Source: Lama guanicoe
Taxonomy: Eukaryota
Direction of reading: 5' to 3'
Length of the DNA: 64,000 bases
Assembly: GCA_013239625.1 (NCBI GenBank)
Contig: MU057073.1
Coordinates: 1,535,426-1,599,425 of the forward strand
The notes beneath the pieces are model-generated. The model ran no database searches, was not told the origin of the DNA, and worked only from the letters and a program-made list of their open reading frames with translations. How positions within the stretch are numbered: the first letter of the stretch is position 1; each line of letters starts with the position of its first letter. The position numbers and the translations under genes are program-made. Shown here piece after piece: positions 50,498 to 63,200 of the stretch.

Positions 50498-52506
50498 CTG
50501 AAATGCACAGTGGCAGGTTTATTCTTAACTGCACAGGAAAACCAACCTTTTCTATTTCAGCTAGTTCATGACCACATCTCCAATACAGCATAGTAAACGA
50601 CTTCCACATTTTTCCTGCATAGACTCACATTTGGTAATTTGCTCCTTTACCACAAAGTATTCATCTGTTTTCCTTCTCCCCTAAATCATAAGTCACACAC
50701 ACACAAAATCTACCTGGGTGAAAAATCTTCACCAGTCATCTGTACTTACTAAAATTAAGAAAATAATTTGTTAAACAGAATCCTTGGGAATCAGGCAAAG
50801 CAGAGAGAGGGCGAGCGCATCCCCTAGAGCCCAGCCCTGCCCATCCAGGCTGGCTGCAGGGGGCAAGATGCCGGCAGGGCCCCTCAGAGGCCCAGCTCAG
50901 GAAGGAGGGGTCAGCAGCCCAGCCTCCAGCTCTGCTGGGCCTGGCCTTCTCCTCCACCGCAATTTCTAAAAATTTACCACAACCTCTACTGTCACTGTTC
51001 CTCAGGATAACCAGTGGCTCGGCAAGTTTGAAATCGCTTTCCCTGCAGACAGCTCCAGATGTTAAGCACAGCTGGATGGAGGGTAGGCCATTCTCTCAGT
51101 CCCTTCCACCCACCTCAGCACTTTTCCTTCACTTTTATTAATTTCAACTTTCAATTTCACAGTTAAAAAGAATTCTTAGATGGCACAACCTTCTTACTAA
51201 AATAGGAAAATGAAATGAGGCCTTTTGCTGGCAAGCAGTGAATGACCAGTTTGGATGAAAACTGTACGAATTCACAGTGCAGGCTGTGGTCCCAGTCTCC
51301 GCGAGGTGGTGTCACAGCAGGGCCCCACGCGTGGCTCTCAGTGGCTCTCCAACAAAAGGCACCCGCTGTCTCACTGCTCTGAGGCATTCAATCATCGCTG
51401 CCACAAAAAACTGTTCACACTCTCCTGTGTGTCTGGGCGCCTCAATTAGGAAAATCAGTACCTGACACTCTTGCGCATTAAAAACTTTCTGGATATGTAG
51501 TTAAATACACTAATCCTCTGGCAAATTCATCAGAGCTGAGGCTGGGCCAGAGGTTTTACTATGCATACGGCTCTCCCTGTTGCCAAACTGCTAGCAGAAT
51601 ACTGAGTTTGATTCACACCTACCAAAACTGTTCGAAAGCTTCCTACATAGAAAATGCTGCTAGATACGAAACAGGCTACAAACATGAGCAAAAGCTCTCT
51701 AAGCTGGGGTGGGGGAGGAAAGATGTAACACAAGAAGACTGCAGTAGCAGGTAACATGAGCAGTCGGCTGGAGTCACAGGAGAAGTGGAGCCTGCCCAGC
51801 GGGGGCTTGCATGCAGAAAGGCAGGGTGGGATAAGGAGGCAAGGGCTCCAGTGGGGTTGGGTGGCACAAGAGAAGAGCCGTGAAGAGGTCGTGGGATGGT
51901 GGTGGACGAGAGTTTGTGTGTCGAGCAGAAGAAATAACTAAGTGAAGGCCAGGAGGTATGGAAGGCACAGAACGTGTCGCAGGCACAATCAACTGTACAG
52001 ACGGACAGGAGCTGAGGGCACAGCGTCAGGCCCCCCGCCCCCAATCCATGCAATGACAGCTACACAACACGTAAAAGAAAACATAATTCTTTAAAAAAAA
52101 TCTAATTTGAAATATGAAAACTCTACTCAATACCCTGCTTTCACCCTTAGAGACCAGATCTACACCAGGAGTTGTCACCCTGCTCCCATCGGCTCCCATC
52201 GGCTCCGGGACCTCACTTCAGATACCGGACATGCTCAGGCAGGAGGAGGGCTGTGCATTTTAACACGCAAACACCCTGTCAGCTGGGGCTGGGATCTGGA
52301 GGTTTCGCCGCTGGGCGGCGAAAGCACTTGAGCGCCCTCACGTGGCCACTGGGACCAAGCCACTCAGGGGCCCAGGTCCACGTGATGCTGGCCTCACTAT
52401 GCAGTCCTGCCCAGAAGGAGGACTATGACGCAGAACAGTGTTGCCTCTGCCACGGAAAAGAGGTAAATACCTATAAAATATTTTAAGTAAAAATCATTTC
52501 CCTCAC

Positions 52507-52551
52507 CTTGAGCCCTCATATCTCCCGTTCCTCTCATATTCAGTTGGAAGC
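52507..52551 (-). CDS. MARK3: MARK3 45-nt cassette exon (RLPTEYERNGRYEGSS)
   Basis: GCTTCCAACTGAATATGAGAGGAACGGGAGATATGAGGGCTCAAG, with a GAG acceptor and AAG|GTGAGG donor; phase 2-2. Confidence 0.92.
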
Positions 52552-53734
52552 CTCAACGAATAGAATTCAGAAGCACAGAGAAGTGGGAAAGAGAAAAGAG
52601 ATCTTACACAGCAGTACACAACCACCTGTATATAAACACAAACACTGTAAAGTGGGCTTTTAAAAACTCCTCCTTTCATGGGTGCGACTCAGCCAGAGAC
52701 CGCCGTCCATGCGTCTACAGGCCGTGCGGGGGGCGCGCTGCACACCCACTTCACATCCACTGCGGGCAACCCCGGCCAGCTCTGGGCCTGAGCACACTCA
52801 TGGTCTTGGGCTGCAGTCACTCTGACTCTTCCCTCACCCCTCGAAGCGCAAGGGGTTTCCAGGGAAACAGTCACGGAGTGGAGTCTCCCACAGAAGAAGG
52901 CACTCTTCCCACAGCTTCTGGCAACGCCGTCTTCCAGTGGCCACAGGCAGGCCAGCACCAGGAAGGCGAGTGGCGCAGCACACACAGCCGCACAGGTGTG
53001 CGTTCTGAGACAGCGAGCAGCGCTTCTGGTCTCTCGACTGTCATAAAAAGACACCCACCTAGTAGGAGTGACATTTAGTACAGCGCAGTCAGTACAAAGG
53101 AGGCACATTTCTTCAGTGGCTGGTTGGAAGTGGCTTTTAGAGACAACACTACTTACTCTTCAATTCTTGGAAAATATTAAAACGTTTCTGCTATACGTCT
53201 GTCCATGTCTTAATTTCTGAAAAACCCAAGCCAAATGAGGCTGTAGATTTGAATTTTATGCTTGTTTCCAGTATCAGGACATTAGCTAATTTCTCTAGCA
53301 TTTTAAAGCATTTTGCTAATGCGATCATCCACGAAATAAAAAATGACAAGTTACCACTTACCTTGTGCATGCTTGAGGCTAACCATTAATTGCACACAGT
53401 TACTGAGCATCTCACTCTTCAAACAGAAGCATGCTAAGTGTTATTAGTATAAAGACAGAATTATTTGGATGCTAAATAATTCTACCAGAGACAGAAGACG
53501 CACAGAGCATGCGCAGGCCTCTTGTTACATGGGTGCACAGTCCCTTTAAAATGCCTAACAGAGTTAATCTTTTTCTTTCCAGTTTCCTTTCAAAGACATA
53601 GGTATTTAGTTCTTGGCAGAAAGTTTAGTTTTTAAGGAAAAAAAACAGGGCTAGAAAGCCAAACTTGATGTTAACTGCAGGAGCCATTTTGAGGTGAGGA
53701 TTGAAAAAAAAAAAAGTGTATATATAAGTCCTAC

Positions 53735-53761
53735 CTTTTGATAAACCTGAATGACATGTTT
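53735..53761 (-). CDS. MARK3: MARK3 27-nt microexon (RNMSFRFIK)
   Basis: TTTCTTTTAG|AAACATGTCATTCAGGTTTATCAAAAG|GTAGG; phase 2-2. Confidence 0.92.
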
Positions 53762-55754
53762 CTAAAAGAAATTAAGCCAAAGAAAAAAAATTAACAAAAA
53801 TGACTTTCACAAGTTAAATAGTCAATTACAGAGAACAAAAAACAGCAAGTAAAACGGGGCTCCCCTCCTGTCCGACAGTGAAACTGTGACATTTGATGAA
53901 AAAGAAGTCATCACAGGTAAGTGGCATGTGATCTTTTAATAGAAAAATAAAAACATCTGTGCTTGCAAGAAAAAATTTAGCAGTAAATAGACATCAGCTG
54001 TAATTAAATTAAAGGTTCTTCAGATGGATATACCTCGAGCCAACAAAATTCAACATCTTGTGTTAAAGAAAAGTCATTTGCAATGTATTAGTAATAACAT
54101 TTCTCAATTTTCTTCAGAATACCTTATGAACAAAATCTCACCTTATATAGAAAAGTTGAAAATTTCATTATAAAATATCTATGAAGGGAATTATTACTTA
54201 TTTCAGGAAGATGATTTAAACATTAACAGAACCTCTGCCACGGTGGTATGATATAAATCACTTTTTAAGAAAAAAAAGTTTCTGGAGGTTTTTTTTTCCC
54301 TTGCAGTTTTAATACACTTGACATACAGCACTCTAGTAAGTTATGGGGAGTTTAAAACGAAGTAGACTTTTCAGAGTTTTAGCTACCAAAATGAATGAAA
54401 ATTAAATGACAAGAGTAGGGGTTTTATTTTTATGGAATAAACTGGAAAGCTGCATTTAAAAGAAGTGACTCTGCTCGTTAAAAACAATTTAAGAAGAGGC
54501 TTAAAGGAGGCTGCACTGAACAGAATACGACACAAAGAACTTTAAACTGTGGACCAGGCTTGTATGGTCATGTGACCAGCACTCCTGGGCAAGTACAGGT
54601 TGGCCTATCAGACTATTTCTAGAACTCAGTCTATGAGCACAGGAGGCACACGTAAGTATTTGCTGAGTGACTGAATTAATACATTCCTTCCCCTAATTCG
54701 GGATGACTTCAGCATTGCTTCAGATCCCAACCAATTCTAAAAGTATCTAACTGCTGTAGATAACCGTCCACCACTTCATAATCAGCTCAAAAGTAGTACA
54801 CGGCAGGGCTACACGCAGAAAAGATCATGCATGTGAAAATATTTTGTAAATAATTAAACACTACATAAATACAGGGCAGTATACTTCAAAAGATTATTTT
54901 AGTTGAAAATTGATTAAAAGGTCTTTAAAATGTATTTTCATTTCCAAATTTTCTACCTGAGAAAGTCAGGTATCATAGGGCTGCCTTTCTTAACTTTTCC
55001 TCCTACAAATCCCTTCAGGTACAAAGAGGAGGCCGCAGGGCTGGAGCTCTACACCCTCCTCCACGGGGATGGATCCTTAGGAGCCAGCAAGGGCGGGCTG
55101 TTCTGCTCGCAAGGTATGGGTGACTGAGTATGTGCCGAGCTGGTGGCCAGGTCCCCGGGGGTGGGGAGGAGCTCCAGGCCCTGGGGGGTAGGCCTCGCCC
55201 CCTCTGCCCACAGAGGGCCTCAGAGGTTGCAGAGCCACAGCTCTCTGAAGCCACACAACACGCAGGGCCCTGCTAGGAGCAGAGTGTAGCCTTCTGATAC
55301 CAGCCTTCTTCCCACCAAGTCCCGGCAGGTCTCCCTGGCGGCATCTCAGTGCCAACACTGGACCTTTCAGGCGCTAGCCCCTTAATCCTGGCAACTATCG
55401 TTAGGGGAGGGCAAGAAGCAGATGCGTCAGCAGCAAGGACCCCGAGTGCTTTTAGGAATGAACCGACTACAACTGAAGCACAGGACCAAGGGGACTACAG
55501 CCCTCGGACTGCAAACTAACAGACAGAAGATGATCTTTCTGCAAAATGTGGGGGTGGAAGCTGAATGATAAGATGATCACCCCCCAGAATATTTTTAACA
55601 AGAAACCTCAGTCTCTAATTTCAGCTCAAACACTTGAAATAAATTTAATTAGAAAATGAAGGAGAAGGACTCGTGCCTGTAACAGTCCCTGGCGGTCGTC
55701 CACCAGGGAGCACTACGTACCGGGCTCCTGTGGGGACACGGACTCTTTCGCTGC

Positions 55755-55855
55755 AGGATCTTGACCGTGTGCTTTAATCTCTCTGAACCTCATCTCCAGT
55801 CTCTTCTACACAATGGGATGTCCTCCTCACAGGGCAGATTGTGGGGATTAGACAG
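55755..55855 (-). mobile_element. MIR SINE remnant
   Basis: CTTTAATCTCTCTGAACCTCA...AATGGGAT...CTCACAGGG...TTGTGGGGATTA. Confidence 0.65.
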
Positions 55856-57507
55856 AATGTGTGTGTACACACACACACTCATATTTACACATGTAAAACG
55901 AGGATTTCTGTATCTATCAGTCTACAGACATCTGTTTATCTCAGTGCACAGTAAGCACGCAGTATATGGTGGTTGATACTACTTTTATCAATGATAGTAT
56001 TAAGATGACCAGAAAAAACAGCACAAAGGAGACAAATAAATTCAAGGGCTTTAATGACGTGCAAGGTTTTACTTGGAGAGCCCATCACAAACCAAAGTGT
56101 AAGGACACAGAGCTGACCGTCCTGCCTGTGACTAGAGCTGGGACAGACCTGACTCTGCACATCCCCTCTGCGCACAGGGCCCGGGGGCGAAGCAGCAGTT
56201 GACACTAAGCAGCCCGGTCTCCAGGGAAGGAGCTAAGGCATGGGGAGGCCTGGGACAGCCTTGTGATGACCCTGAAAAGAAGCAATGAATTATCTGGGGG
56301 TCACCAGACTCTTCTTGGACTGAACTCACTGTCTCCCTTGCTGGTCACAGGTACCCCAAATCTGCCAAGGCTCTCTGGACCGTTCTGCTCCTCTGCCCAG
56401 TCTGGAACGGGGCGTCTCAGCAAAGGGGCTGAGAAGAGAGTACGAGGGTAGACTGGAGCCTTCTGACTCCTCTGACCTCTCATTAGTGCTGATGGGTAGC
56501 ACAGGTCCTCCCTAATCTGGCATTCAACGTCAGGAGGGCAAACAGATCATCTGGGGAATGACAGATTAATGTGACTTGTCTATGTTTTTGATGACTCATT
56601 TAAAACAAAATTACTGGAGGAATTCGGGAGAGTGAAAAGTGGTATTTAGCTTAGCGGGTGAATGATAACAGTGTGGAACAGATCAGCAGGCTGAGGGGCC
56701 ACAAGGAATGCAGAGAAACAGAGGAGGGTGTGGGCCCTCATAGACTGCTGTTCTGTAAGACACGGATGATGAGCAAGAGGGTCTGTAACAGGCAAGCCTG
56801 CAGGACACCTAAGCTTAAGTTCAAAGAATTTCCTCTGGGCATCCTGGAACTGCAGGGTCTCTCAGGTTTCCTGGGTGTGGTCAAGGCTAAAGGTGCATTT
56901 GCCTATTTGCTTATGTTGCAAACTGGTATTTCTTCTTTCTCCTCTTGTAGCAGCCAATGCTTCTAGGCTTTGCAACCTCCATACTAGATTCTGGAAATAA
57001 AGTTAAAGTACCTCAAAGGACCTTCAGAGATTTCCCAAGGCCCCAGATGACAGACTACTGGACATAAGAAAGGTTTCATACATGACCAGACACTAGCTTC
57101 TTTCTGAGAATAAAGCAAGAACTTTATCTTCAAGGCTATACAAGATGAGAAAGATCACTTGTTCTTACTGACTTACGGAGTGCCAGCCCCCAGACTACAC
57201 GGGATCTGGGATTTTGCTAAACTGCAGTGAACATGCCACATGGAGAGACGTGATTAAAAGGAACAGTAATTAGAGAACCACCACCACCTCCCAAGTGCTA
57301 GAGAACTTTGTTTGAGTGTTGTGAAAAAATTCCGAGCTCTGTAATTTCTCTTCTAAGAGGCTTTAAAAGTATACACTTAGATATACAAGCCAGAAAAACC
57401 TGAGCTACAAGGAAAAGCCTCTGTGCAGTGGCTTCACACAATGGAGAAGACATTTCTCCTTTTGTTCTCGTGTTTGCTTGAACCAACCAGCACCACCTGG
57501 CACTTAC

Positions 57508-57765
57508 CTCCTTGTGAGTTTGGAAGTTAATTTACTAAAAAGATTAGTGGAGCCTCGGCTTCGAGTCTGCGACAACGGTGTGGCTTCATGGGACAGACTG
57601 GGCGAGGCAGGTGGGCCGTTATACGTGGCAGTGCGCCGCTCCCGGGGCTGGCCATGAAAAGTGCTACGACTGGCGGTGCCTCTTGGGAAGCGGGTCCGAT
57701 CTGGCGTGGCTGCACTGCTAATACTGTGTGTGGACGCAACTGGAGCTCTCTGGTCAGGAACAGTG
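57508..57765 (-). CDS. MARK3: MARK3 258-nt spacer-region exon
   Basis: [17 protein letters not shown]...[12 protein letters not shown] (aPKC-site motif)...[11 protein letters not shown]; acceptor CGTTAG| and donor GAG|GTAAGT. Confidence 0.96.
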
Positions 57766-58462
57766 CTAACGAGATCAGAAAATGACAGACTCTTACATTT
57801 TTGTTCACAAAAACCCTGGCTTTCTGGCAAACATGGCACACGAACATTTACAATCACAATATACCTTTCATATAGAGTGGAGAAAACCAGCCATATAAAC
57901 CCAGATCCAAGGAGTATTTTACAGGACTTTGGAGCAAAACATAAGTTAAATGCGAAAGGGCACCAAAGGAACAGTATATAATGAAACAAAAACCTCACAG
58001 CATTTAAGGGAATCATACATACGTATTTTCAAGGACAAGATAATGCAGGGAAATTCTAGAACAAAGAATGCCTAACTCAAGTTTTTCCCCTTTGTTTCCC
58101 TCTCAAATTGCTTACATGCAGGAACCTTGCCAATATAAAAGAAAGAAAGGCTATGCAGGTGGAGCCGAAGAACAGGCAACTAAAGAGTTTGGAAGCACAC
58201 AAATGACGAAGTACTGCAAACTTCCACATGCTGGAAGCAACCTGGAAAGAGGGGGATTTCTTACACCTTTCACAGTACGGAAGAGCATGAAGACACACAG
58301 ATGACCAAGGACCATGAGACAGGATGGGCTTAACTAAAGCCACACACAGGAGGAACACTCTGTGGACAACTGGAACAAAATCTTGGACTGTAAAATCCAC
58401 AGCACAAAATTCAGAAGCAGTGGGTACACATTAGTTTTACAAGGAATGTGCATTTTTCTTAC

Positions 58463-58624
58463 ATAGCCTTGGAGTTATCTCCTTCACTGTCTATTGGAGG
58501 TAACATCATCTTGGGGTGCCCAGAGGCTGACATGGACATCGACTTCTGATGTCTCAGCCGACAGGTGGAGGATGTGGTACAAACAGAGGCAGGGCTAGCT
58601 GCGTAAGCGAACATTTCTGTCAGG
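58463..58624 (-). CDS. MARK3: MARK3 162-nt alternative exon
   Basis: SLTEMFAYAASPASVCTTSSTCRLRHQKSMSMSASGHPKMMLPPIDSEGDNSKA; the RHQKSMS motif is shared with MARK1/2 spacer exons. Acceptor CCTCCCAG| and donor TAT|GTAAGA; phase 2-2. Confidence 0.88.
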
Positions 58625-59619
58625 CTGGGAGGGGGTTTGGGTTCAGGCAGAGGCAGAAACAACAGTATGACGGACCAGTGACAAAAAGAGCAACCTGTTG
58701 TTTAAAGCATATAACCTTCCTCCCCAAACCACCTCATTGTTGTCAAAGAACAAAAATCTCTTAAACTTGTTTTGGGGATTCTGGAACAGCTGCTAACTTG
58801 TATCTGCTTTTTTTTTTAAACAGCTAATTTTTAAAGTTGACTAGCTTTCAAAACAATGAAATAACATCATATATGTTTGAATATTTCTGTGAGAGGGACA
58901 ATGTCTTCCAAGCTACATGTAAAATAAGGCCTATTCTAAAAGAGAAGTCTCTATTCAGATGGAAGTGGTAAATGAATCTATAATACTATGAGCAAACGGT
59001 GCTCTCGAACTGTTCCCAAAGCACACTGACGTGCTGTAAATGAACTAGTAAAATTATGGGCAGAGCAGTAACTAGCTGTACTTGTCAAAGTATCCTGTGT
59101 TGCTTAACTATAATTGAGAACCTTCTTACTCAAAGGCCATTCACTTTTTTATAAACAATTCACAGTACCCAGGGAGTCAAAAGAGACCCATTTTTCAAAG
59201 TGGGAAAACTAATAAGAGCAAATTAAATATCTACAGACAGAGAAAGAGTGACAGAGTGGTGAAAAAGCTTAAGGCCGCAGCTTCACCGGGCAGACAGCTA
59301 CCGAACGAATCTGTCCCCTGTCCACGCTTCCGGCTCGGACATCATGTCCTTGGAATTCCCAAGGGGCAGTTTCTTTCCTTTAAGGAGAATCAGGGATTTA
59401 GAATTCTGACCACACCCTTTCAGTGTCTTTCTGCAGAAATCCTTTCAAAGCCTGAAACTTGGAAACCATCAGGTTCTTTCCCTCATGCGCCAAATGCAGA
59501 GCAACCGGGACATCATGTTGGTGTCAACCCCCTAACAAAGCTCTGGTGAGCCGGGTCCTCCCCACTTCTACTCTGAAGGTCTCAGTGCAAAGCTTCATCT
59601 CTCTCACAGGGCTGGCTCC

Positions 59620-60200
59620 CCAGTCACCTGTATTCACTGGTCTCCTGGCCTCCAATCTCACATCTTCCAATCTATCCACCATACAGCTGTGAACTGTCTA
59701 AAACGCAAACCTGACCTAGGCACTCATCTGCTTATAAACTTGCAAACACACACTGTGTCTTCAGGATAAGGTTCAAACTCCTCACTCTGGCAACCAAGTC
59801 ACATCCTCAGGCATCCACAGCTTGCCTTGCCACCTCTCTTTACTGTCTACTGTTACCTCCTGGAACTCGGCTTTCTGGCCCTCCTGAGAGGGTGCATCAG
59901 GTCAAAGAGCTTTTGCAGGTGCTATTCTCAGCGTCTGGAGAGCTGGCATCTTTCTGCTTTCATCCAAATGCAACCCCCTCCACAAATGCTTCACTGGTTC
60001 CCTCTCCCATCAGGAGTCACCCTTCCCTTCTGTGTGCTCAGTGCAGGCACTTGCCACTGCACACCACACTGGACTGCGGTGACTCCTGTCTGCTTGTGCG
60101 CCCTGAAGACACCACCTGCAATCTCATCAACACATCCCCGGTGTCAGCGGTGCGCCTCAGGGAGAGCAGGTCCTCAATAAATGTTCTCCTAACTGATAAG
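59620..60200 (+). mobile_element. L2 LINE 3' remnant
   Basis: CTGGTCTCCTGGCCTCCAATCTC...TTCAGGATAAGGTTCAAACTCCTCACTCTGGC...GGTCCTCAATAAATGTT, an L2 3' end. Confidence 0.7.
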
Positions 60201-63200
60201 GTAAGTTAATGAAATGAGCCACTGGAATCCTAACAGTCCCAAAATGATGGAGACAGGTCTTCACACTAAATTGCTCAAGAAGATCTGCTTGGTCCTGCAT
60301 TTCTGTTTGACAGTTCTGCCCTCTGACTTGGGAGAATGTCTCTAATACAGTCACAGAACTGGAAACAAGTGCCTCATAGAGATTACACACAGATTCACGT
60401 TTGTGCTTCGGACACTCTTCCTGTGGTAAACAACACTCGAATCCTGCTCTGGCAGAAACAGGTTGCTGGTCTCTAGGTGTTGTGGAGTCCACGCCAGGCT
60501 TCTCCAGCCAGCCTGGCCAGTGACGGATTTAGAGGCGGGCACATGGTCAGGGCCAGACCCGCACAGACCGAGGAGACGACCCCAGGGCTTCTGTCTGAGG
60601 AGAGCTGAGTGTGGGAAGACGTTAGGGCCGACGTTGCGGAGCCCAACATGCAAGTCCTGCAGAAGCAGGACTGTGAGACCGACCTTCACTCTACCCCTGG
60701 ACTTTTAGTGACAGGAGTTCACAGACGCCCTTTTGAATTTACGTTTATTTGGGTTCCTCACTGATGGAACAATCTGAAGAAATGCTTTGTTGTTTCCATT
60801 ATGCACATGCAGACACACTTGCACACAGACACAATTTTACTGATCTTTAACAAGTTCCGAGTAAGCACAACTATCTTGTGCTCTGCTGTGTGCTCAGAGC
60901 AGGTCAAGGGTCAACACACTTTATTGCTCCCAACCAGCTGCTAACGTTTTCTTGCCCAAATTAGCAGCTAGGATCAATGGAAGCATTAAGAAAGCAGGGG
61001 AAGAAGAAGAGGCAGGGGGTATGTGGCATCTTCCCTGGAGACTATCAACGTCCCAATCCGTGGAGGAGGGGGCTCGTAGCCAGCGCACCAAGCAAGCAGA
61101 CGCTCCACCTGCCCCAGTGAGGCCCGCCGGCCCTTGGGCAGTGCCGCTCAGACCCACAGGGCACAGAAGCCCCGGGCGACTGTGTGGACAGACACCCTGC
61201 CACGAAAAACTAACTCCCCGAAAGTCAGAGCCAATCCTAAAAAGGAAGTGTAAACTCACATTTTCAGCATAAATTATTTCATTTGGGACATAATCTTAAA
61301 GGCAATTAAATGAACAATTTCTTTAGAAATTTAATCATGTCACATTAAGAGTTCCACAAAGCCAACAACAAAACAGATGTGTTTTTTTGACTTCTAAAAG
61401 CAGGCCTACTACCTTGATTTAGGAAACAATAAATTCAGTAAATCTTTGCTGAATTTCAAGTTTGTACAAACTCACAAAAGTTCTACTTACAACAGACAAC
61501 ACAACATTACAATGGGCTGCATCAAGTTGGTTGTTGTAAAGCCAGACAGAACTTCCCCCAGAAAAGTGGTAAAGATGACGGTTATATATCTCACAGACTA
61601 CCTCACAACAATCTCCATAAACAAAAACAGTAGCTGCATTACATTTCTAGTAGTTCTGGGTCCGAGGAAGAATCATTTTTTATACCTTAACTTACAGAAA
61701 CAGCAACCATGTTTCTTAGAATTCAAGTTGTATGAAGTTCCTACTAATCTTCCTGCTTTGTATTTATGTCTGATTATCTTTTTTTTTCACTCTGATACCC
61801 TTATGGTTATTAAAGGAAAGGTGTTTTCAATTTGTTTGATATGACATGTATCCCATATCAGAACATGGTTACTGAATCAAAGCATACTCAGTGACTGGGC
61901 AAAAGCAGAATTAAAAGTAGAATCCAAAAGATTCATGTGTTAACTGTGATAAAACCCACACACCTTTTATTAGGCATGATCATTCTCATGTTGGAATTTT
62001 CCATTTTAGCATTCAGAATGCTGGACTTTTTTTCTTATACACATGTATATAAGAATGTATGTAAGAACGTACATATGTATAGGAAAAAAAAAGTCCAACA
62101 TACTGAAGGCTAAAATGGAAATTAATGTCCTTCTTTCAGAAGTTAACACAAATCCAGGCATCCTGTAGCTCACCAGTATTTTAGCCAAGGAATAACATAT
62201 ATATATGGGAGAGGAAAAAGTAACAATCTGCTGCCAAAAAAGTCATCTGTGTACAGAGAAGGTTCAGTGCGTCTAATTTATGACTCAGATATCTATTTTC
62301 AGGGTGAGAAAGTTGTCATATTTAGTGCCTGCCTTAACTGAAAGTAAAAAATATGACCATTACTCTGGCACTCAAATCTCCATGTTTTCCCACAATTTTT
62401 CAACTCATTCCTAAGACAGAGTAAGAAAATCCAGGTGTTACTAAAATTATGGGCCCCATCTTGTATGGCTGGAGGCCCTGTTTGATTAAAGATAAAGATC
62501 ACACTATCACAAGCAAAGCATTTGAGTAACTGATGCCAACAAAAGCAGTGAGGCCCAGGCCGGGGTGAGGAGGCAGCAGCCTCACTGAGGATGTCTGCAG
62601 ATAGAACACAGGCAGGTAAGACTCCAAAGATATTAGACAATTCTTAAAATTGTTTCTGAAGAGTGAACTGAACAATGTAGGAGAGGGGAATTAGAGGAGC
62701 ATGTGCACACACACAAACCAAAAACCAGGGGGCAGACAGACCTTGGTCTGACCAGCCTTTTAAGAAGTCTGACTCTGTACCTCAGAGAATTGCACATTCT
62801 AAAGTTTAAAAGGAATATGTTCAACAATTTTGAAGAATTTGTAAACAGGAGGGTCATGAAACAACATCACCCCAGTTCTACAGACTAAAATCCGTAACAG
62901 AAACTTCTGTCTAATTAAGTCTTCTGCTGGTATCTTCTATTCAATCACTTTGAACTAGAAGAAATTTTATTTGAGAATATAACTGAAATAAAAGAAAATT
63001 TACCAAAAAATAGACTACTTAAAAAAAAAACACCAATCATTAATTTCTAAGCTATCTAGCCCAACTGCTATACTCAAGTTATTGGCAGTTTTTGATCATA
63101 ATGAAAAAGACAATGTTAAAACAAGCACACACACAGTATTCAGAAGACAGAATACTGGAATGTAAATATTTCTAAAAAGTCACTGAAAAATAAACATAAT

